Both the position numbers and the translations under genes were made by a program. The notes under the pieces are model-generated. The model was given only the letters and a program-made list of their open reading frames with translations, made no database searches and was not told where the DNA came from. Positions 57,785-64,000 of a stretch of 64,000 bases of DNA are shown here, piece after piece. Each line of letters starts with the position of its first letter. Positions within the stretch are counted from its first letter, which is position 1. The DNA is from Adineta vaga (taxonomy: Eukaryota; Animalia; Rotifera), in assembly GCA_021613535.1 (NCBI GenBank), contig CP075496.1, forward strand, positions 9,362,001 to 9,426,000, given 5' to 3'.

Positions 57785-58654
57785 CTAAAACTTACAGAAT
57801 ATTAATCAACAATTCGTTTCTTTTTTTTTCCTCCTGTACATATGCTGTTTTCTAATCGATCAAAATATCGATTTCATCTATAAGTGTATTGCTACCGGTA
57901 TCATCAAATATTTACTTTTAATTGGACAATATTATTTTGCTATATTTTAGTTTCTATTTCTCAATAGTCATGCTTGATTAATCGAATCATTTCATCTAAC
58001 GGGTTCGAATGAAAAAATATTGTTATGCGACTGTCTAACAGGCCATCACATATGTAAACACACAACTACACGTTCGTTTTAGTTTGTTTTTTTCTTTCGA
58101 TACTCAACATGAGAAAAATATAAGGCAATATAATAAAATTCACCTGTGGTTGATGAATGAAAACGCAAACGAACATGAATATGTATTTTTCTTTGATTAT
58201 ACATGCTTTACCTATAGTTTTTTTTATAAACAAAAATATTATTCTCAATAAAAATTGGTTTAAAAAGATGATTATATCTTCGTTCAAAAACAGTTCAGAT
58301 CATTTTAATTTTTCCATCAAAGATGAATGAGAATGTTAATAAGACTATAATGATCTCTTTCTTATCAATAACGGTGATATTTTATATTAATTCTATATTC
58401 GAAATCGCCTTTTTCGGTCTTTTGTTGGAAAAGTTCTTTGCAGAAGAGGACACCTTTTCTCTTGTTTAAATAATGCTACCATGTGAAGAGATTTTTGTTG
58501 ATAAAGTCGAATAACGCATATTCTTTTTTCTTTTTGTTCTTCTTATCTTTTCCATATAAATACAGATGTAATCTTTGACCATATGCGTTGTGTTTTAAAG
58601 CAGTATCAATTCTAATATTTTTATTTTACTGGAATTCAGGTATATTTTGTACAA

Positions 58655-60674
58655 ATGTCTCAATTAAGAACAGACGAAAATTCATTACTGCTGCAATCTG
58701 ACTATGGCATCCCTAGAAGGAAACCGGATAAACGGTCAGATCGTCAAAAGAAATCAGCCGAGATTTTCATACTATTGACTGTTTTATTTGAGCGCGCAGC
58801 ATTCTACTCACTCGTACTGAACCTTGTCAGTAGTCTTAGTTCAGAAGGATTACTACATTGGTCGGCGTCTCACAGTTCTTTGGCAGTTTTTATCTTTTCC
58901 GGTAAGTACAATATCAGTTATATAATCTTTCAATTGAATTATTATAAATCTGTAATCTAATAGGAATTACTAATATTTCTGCATTGATCGTCGCTGTCGT
59001 TAGTGATGGCTTGATTCGAAGGTCTATAATCATAAGTGCCGGTAAAAAATTTTGCCAAAACCTTTGTAATGTATACACAATTATTTTACATAGGATTCGT
59101 TATATATATAATTGGATATGCGTTCGCTATCGTAGTTACTAATCCACAGGTGAAAATGTGCGTACCGAATTCTAATATTACGAATAACGTTCAAAACATG
59201 AGTACCTTCATCGACGAGCCATGTGTCGGTTGGATTCTACCAGTATTAGTTATCATGTAATTATGTTTTGTCTGTAATATTCTTTTGATTATCTTTCATT
59301 TAAAAAGTGCCATTGGTAGTGGTGCCGTACAATCCAATATGGCTGTATTCGGTGCTGAACAAACGCAAACCTCGAAAGTAAAATCGCGATACTTTGATAA
59401 GTACCTTATTGCAGTAAACGTTGGTGGTATTATTGGTTCATTAATAATTTCTTTCATTCAAAAAGATATGTATTCGTATTTCATCGGTTATTTGGTAGCA
59501 GCGTCAATGCTTACCTTGTCTTTTGTTATATTCTTAATCGGTCGTTCATGCTATTATAATGTCAAACCATATGATTCAGTAGTTGCCACATGTATTCCAT
59601 TTTGGTTTGCTTCAATTCAATTACGATGTCAATCGAAACAAAATAGAGATGAATTCACAACATCTCTGGACACAACAGAGTCAATTAATAGTAAAGGATT
59701 TACTGATCGTATGATCAATGATAATAAATCACTTCGACGTGCAATAATTGTATTCAGTCTGCTTATTCCATATTTTCTCATATACAATCAAGTAAAATAG
59801 ATTTTCCTAAAGATTTTTTTATCTAATTTCATATAGATAAGTGCAACATTTCCATTGCAAGGTGAACATATGCATAAACCATCCGATGTTGGAAATATTG
59901 TTACTCTAATGACGCTATCTGATCCAGTAACATTGATCAGTAAGTTATTATTAGTTCGTAGACGTTCTATTTTGATTTATCAATTTATTTTAGTTGGACT
60001 TTTGATATTGTACTTCATTTTCCATAAAAATCGTGATATTTCCCATAGTGAATCGACTATTCATAAAAAATTTCTTGCTGGCATGTTTTTAGCTTTTATC
60101 ACAATGATAATTGCTGGAACAATGGAAAAGTATCGTCGAGACTATTGTGATCCAGGTAAATGATATGACAAATAATTTATTATACTTCTATTTTAATTCT
60201 TGACTTTTTCTTGTAGAAATAGATGAATCTAGTTTATCTGTTTACTATCTTTTAATTCAAAATGTTTGTATGGGTATTTCAGAAGTATTTGCTATGTTAG
60301 CAAGCTTTGAATATGCATATTTTGCTGCTCCACAATCGGCTCAATCACTCTTTATGAGTTTTCGATTCGTGTCTATAGGTATAGCATCATTCATTGGTAG
60401 TGGATTAATCAGTGCTTTTCCAAATCCATCGTTTAATTTAGACTTTAGCGTACGTAATATACTATTGAAAGAACTTTATTCATTATTTTCTATTTAGTGT
60501 CGATCTAAAGACTACATGGAATGGTCATTCTATACGTACTTTTATATTCTTGCGGGTATACAATTGGTCTTCCTCATAATGTTTCACGTACTTAATACTA
60601 GACTTCATCTAATCGAAATCAATCCACAACAGATAGACGAAAATAGTTCTGGTAATATGAATTCTTCATGTTAA
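58655..60674 (+). CDS. Proton-dependent oligopeptide transporter (POT/PTR, SLC15-like), ~8 exons
   Basis: LLTVLFERAAFY, GSGAVQSNMAVFGAEQ, AVNVGG, FPLQGEHM and MGISEVFAMLASFEYAYFAAPQSAQSLFM. Short GT-AG introns; stop TAA 60672-60674. Confidence 0.88.
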
Positions 60675-60700
60675 CTATATACTTTACATAAAAATCATTA

Positions 60701-62656
60701 CTACTTCATATAATAAACTATTGTTGATGAAAGAACAATGAAAAGAGAAGTTAATAAGAAATCATGGAAGAAAGAAATCGATGACCTATCATGAACAGGG
60801 GTTTTCTTGTGGAATGACAAAGAATTTCGAATATATATCATTTTGTAGTTTTTATCGATGTCATATTGACTTAATCTTGCTACAAGAGGTTCGAAAGCTG
60901 CTTTATCACCATAAGAAAAAAACTTGGGGTTTATAGTATAAATCTTTAAATTGATTAATTTTGAAAGATTTTTCAAACAATTTCCGATTAATTTCGATCG
61001 TATATCAATAATAGAATCATTTGTTGTCAAATTAAAAGTAAATTGTGCGTATCTAACATTGGAAAAATACATATAACTCATTTCAATGAATTCCATTGGA
61101 CCAATTGAAAACATTACATCTAATCGTTGAACTTTTTCTTGTAATATTGAAATTAATGAACTATTCAGTGGTGGTAAAAGAGTATTTTCTAATATTAAAT
61201 GTGTTAAGTTAGGTAATACTTTGAATAAATATTCAATTTCATCTTCTATCTCACCACCAGTCAAATGAACACATGTTACTGTATTTAATGATAAATCAGC
61301 ATTGTGTAAAAGTCGTTTATGTTTCAATTTCGAAGAATTTCTTTCAATCAATTGAAGTCTATTACGGCCACCATGAAGACTAATTGAATCAGTTCGATAA
61401 TATTTACGAATTTTGATTGTTTGTAAATAAGGCATGTGAATTTTGCATGATTGAATTAAATCATCTATGTTAACTTCTTCCGTTCGTACTAAACGAATAG
61501 TTTTGACTTTAAACCAAATTGAAGGTTTACTTTGAAGAAGTGTCCTATCAGAGAATTTCATACATTTCATATGATCAAATTCATACAATTCATCGTATTT
61601 ATATGGTAAAGAATATAAATAATATGAATTGATACCGAAATACCAGTGATGATCGAAATAAAATGAAGTTTCAAATATCGATAGAATCTTATATGAATGA
61701 CGGGAAGTTGTATATGATGATAATTTGACATTTAAATGGAAATCTTTCAATTGTTCTAGATATTGTAATAATTGTATTTTAAATTTCTCCCCATCGATTA
61801 GTACACTTTCCAAACTGTCGATATCAGAATTCGTGAAATTTAATGATAAACATATTAATGATTGAGAAAACGTTCGAATAAAACAAATTAAATAAGCTAA
61901 ATCTGTTTCGAATATTACGTAATCACTCGTTTTTGTCTCTTCTTCTTCTTTTCTTAATGTAATATATAATTTTTCTAATTTAATTTTCATTAAATTTGAT
62001 AAATCATATTCTCGATTAAATGAATAAATATTTGTTAATTGAATATTTAAATATTTTAAATTCGGTGTATATTGAATTAATTGATAGATATATTTAAAAT
62101 GATTTAAACTTAGTATTAAAGAATGAAGATGAAAATTTGTTTGTAAATCGCGAAAATTATTTTGATAACGAAGATGGATCATCGGTTGATAATGAAATAT
62201 TTGCAAAACATTTTCAGGATGAAAAACTTTCGTTAAAATAAACTTTGTTTCGATGGAATATGGACCTATAATTTTGAATGTATGTAATCGTTGAAAATGT
62301 TTTCGATTGAATAATAATTCAAGTTGTAAATAGGTCCAATCGGATGAAGATTTGATTATAATTGATGTTAAATTCGAGAAGATATTCAATGATATCCATA
62401 TTGAAGGATCGAAAATGATCAATGTCTCTATTTTAGATGAAACAGTATAGATGATTGTTCGCCAGAATTGAAAATCTGTTGATGGTAATTCGAAATAATT
62501 CAGATGACATTGAGGATGAAGAAGAAGTGTATTGAATCGTTCATTGAAATAGAAAAATGTATAGAAAATATCATTTGGAGATAAATAATCAAAAATTTCA
62601 TGAACGATTTCTGTAGGAAAGCGATCTAGCCATGTTTTCGATTCGTTTTTGCACAT
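60701..62656 (-). CDS. F-box/LRR-like protein with C-terminal transmembrane tail
   Basis: LDRFPTEIVHEIFDYL F-box; LxxLxL repeats; terminal FLLTSLFIVLSSTIVYYMK*. Confidence 0.87.
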   Translation of the reverse strand: MCKNESKTWLDRFPTEIVHEIFDYLSPNDIFYTFFYFNERFNTLLLHPQCHLNYFELPSTDFQFWRTIIYTVSSKIETLIIFDPSIWISLNIFSNLTSIIIKSSSDWTYLQLELLFNRKHFQRLHTFKIIGPYSIETKFILTKVFHPENVLQIFHYQPMIHLRYQNNFRDLQTNFHLHSLILSLNHFKYIYQLIQYTPNLKYLNIQLTNIYSFNREYDLSNLMKIKLEKLYITLRKEEEETKTSDYVIFETDLAYLICFIRTFSQSLICLSLNFTNSDIDSLESVLIDGEKFKIQLLQYLEQLKDFHLNVKLSSYTTSRHSYKILSIFETSFYFDHHWYFGINSYYLYSLPYKYDELYEFDHMKCMKFSDRTLLQSKPSIWFKVKTIRLVRTEEVNIDDLIQSCKIHMPYLQTIKIRKYYRTDSISLHGGRNRLQLIERNSSKLKHKRLLHNADLSLNTVTCVHLTGGEIEDEIEYLFKVLPNLTHLILENTLLPPLNSSLISILQEKVQRLDVMFSIGPMEFIEMSYMYFSNVRYAQFTFNLTTNDSIIDIRSKLIGNCLKNLSKLINLKIYTINPKFFSYGDKAAFEPLVARLSQYDIDKNYKMIYIRNSLSFHKKTPVHDRSSISFFHDFLLTSLFIVLSSTIVYYMK

Positions 62657-62781
62657 TCTTTCCTATTTTTTTTAAATAGTGTATATCAAAACTAAAGTTC
62701 TTTATCAATATAGAAAAGATAAAATTAAGTTCTTAAGATGAATCACGCAGATTCTGTATGAAAGACAATGTAAATATTAAA

Positions 62782-63861
62782 TTAATATGTTGTCTTATAA
62801 GTTTGTTTCGTACACGTTTGTGCACTCTTATATATTGCTTCGATCATTCGATGACGTATTACAGCATCTTCCCAAGTTGGATAGATACCATCTTTCTTGG
62901 CAAATTCATCATATGCTCGACTAACATTGATATGAGTACCTTGTTCTTCATCTAATTTGATTTCTGTCATATCTTCACCGTTAAAACTGGCATGAAGTGT
63001 CGGTGATGAAAGTTGCAAATGTCCAGTTGGACCTTTTATTTGTAATTCACCTTGAGTACCTTCCACTTCCCAAAGAAGATTAGTACCTTTATATGAGCCA
63101 CCACGTAAATGAACTGATGCATACGTACCAGATGTTAAGATTCCACTAACACTCATTTGATCATGAGATGTCAATGGTTCATCACGAATTTTATTTCCTT
63201 TATCATCACGAACTTCGATCATTTTCCTGGCATTATGTATCGTTGCTGTCACTGATTCAAATTCTCCAAATACATAACACATAGCATCCAATGAATGACC
63301 ACCTGGTATAGAAATCATCGTTGCTCCATTTTCAATATTAGCAAGATAAGCGTTGGTATTATCAATCGAAGCACCCCAAGCCGCACCACTAGCATACAGA
63401 TGAGTTGAAAGAATATTTCCTAACTTTCCAGAATCGATGATCTCTTTGATTTTTCTGATTACGGACGATTGACGTGCTTGCAATATTACCATAGTTTTTA
63501 TACCTTTTGATTGAGCTAATTGAGTTAATTCTTCGGCTTCTTGAAGATTTCGTGCAAGAGGCCATTCTACAATAGCATTTTTTCCTTGTAGTACAGCAGG
63601 CATGATCAATGGTTTATGTAATGGCACTTTGACAGATACAACAACAGTATCAACTTGTGAATCTTGAGCTAATTCTTCTGGTGAGCCATAATATTTCTCA
63701 ATACCAAATGCATCTGCTGCAGATTTTGCGGATTCAATCGTAGAATTTGCCAATGCTTTTATGCTATAAATTGAAGAATTCTGTAAATATCGTGCATGAG
63801 CATTTTCAGCCCAACGTCCTTTTGATAATCCTATGAATCCGATATTAATTTTAGAAGCCAT
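62782..63861 (-). CDS. Gfo/Idh/MocA-family oxidoreductase, Gal80-like subfamily
   Basis: INIGFIGLS..RWAENAH, VVVSVKVPLH, VEWPLARN, LQAR, IPGGHSLD and DAVIRHRMIEAI. First ATG at 63861. Intronless. Confidence 0.88.
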   Translation of the reverse strand: MASKINIGFIGLSKGRWAENAHARYLQNSSIYSIKALANSTIESAKSAADAFGIEKYYGSPEELAQDSQVDTVVVSVKVPLHKPLIMPAVLQGKNAIVEWPLARNLQEAEELTQLAQSKGIKTMVILQARQSSVIRKIKEIIDSGKLGNILSTHLYASGAAWGASIDNTNAYLANIENGATMISIPGGHSLDAMCYVFGEFESVTATIHNARKMIEVRDDKGNKIRDEPLTSHDQMSVSGILTSGTYASVHLRGGSYKGTNLLWEVEGTQGELQIKGPTGHLQLSSPTLHASFNGEDMTEIKLDEEQGTHINVSRAYDEFAKKDGIYPTWEDAVIRHRMIEAIYKSAQTCTKQTYKTTY

Positions 63862-64000
63862 CAAATTTGATAAAGACGACAAATTTCAATGTATTTATGC
63901 GTGTGATATTTCTATACTTATAAAGTGCATTCATCATGCTGACATAGCTCTTTTATATTTAAACGATGCAATTTACCGTACGTACGGTAAGGCCGCACGA

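Noticed and set aside
53070-63861. Galactose-utilisation cluster (GH110-like + Gal80-like)
   Set aside because: The genes are ~8 kb apart with unrelated genes between them, no Gal4-like or Leloir genes are present, and Gal80-like proteins are usually plain oxidoreductases.
1-64000. Alternative genetic code (TGA as sense) suggested by in-frame TGAs
   Set aside because: TGA is the evident normal stop of several intact genes (e.g. 10732, 28190, 36210, 41611), and Trp/Cys use standard codons.
1-64000. Prokaryotic operons, CRISPR arrays, rRNA/tRNA genes, intact transposons
   Set aside because: Spliceosomal introns show a eukaryotic locus; no repeat-spacer arrays, structured RNA genes or transposase/RT ORFs were seen by eye.

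Overview
AT-rich, gene-dense eukaryotic DNA with short GT-AG introns (mostly 45-100 nt). The gene content points, by inference, to a bdelloid rotifer (Adineta/Rotaria-like): expanded divergent F-box/LRR-like genes, a receiver-like/ART/TPR gene, an NHL-repeat gene, small rhodopsin-type GPCRs and several fungal- or bacterial-type genes. About 30 genes and gene remnants can be read. Metazoan-type genes: SLC6 and SLC15 transporters, three GPCRs, C4orf33-like, dynein light chain-like and EGF-TM2. Six F-box genes, one fused to two CCHC zinc knuckles and one tail-anchored. Three ADP-ribosyltransferase-fold genes. One gene with a CCCH finger / RBR-Rcat / C-terminal ubiquitin-like (…RLPGG-SN) architecture. 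Candidate horizontal acquisitions in different states of decay: GST, amino-acid permease, DUF4246, aryl-alcohol dehydrogenase, GH110-like beta-helix and Gal80-like oxidoreductase. Three otherwise intact genes are broken by four single missing bases (assembly error or recent mutation). No rRNA, tRNA, CRISPR array or intact transposon was seen. The best candidate for an undescribed system is a set of RNA-binding/ubiquitin/ADP-ribosylation fusion genes (about 22-42 kb), possibly an innate defence toolkit; that functional link is inference only. All family calls come from motif recognition, not database searches.
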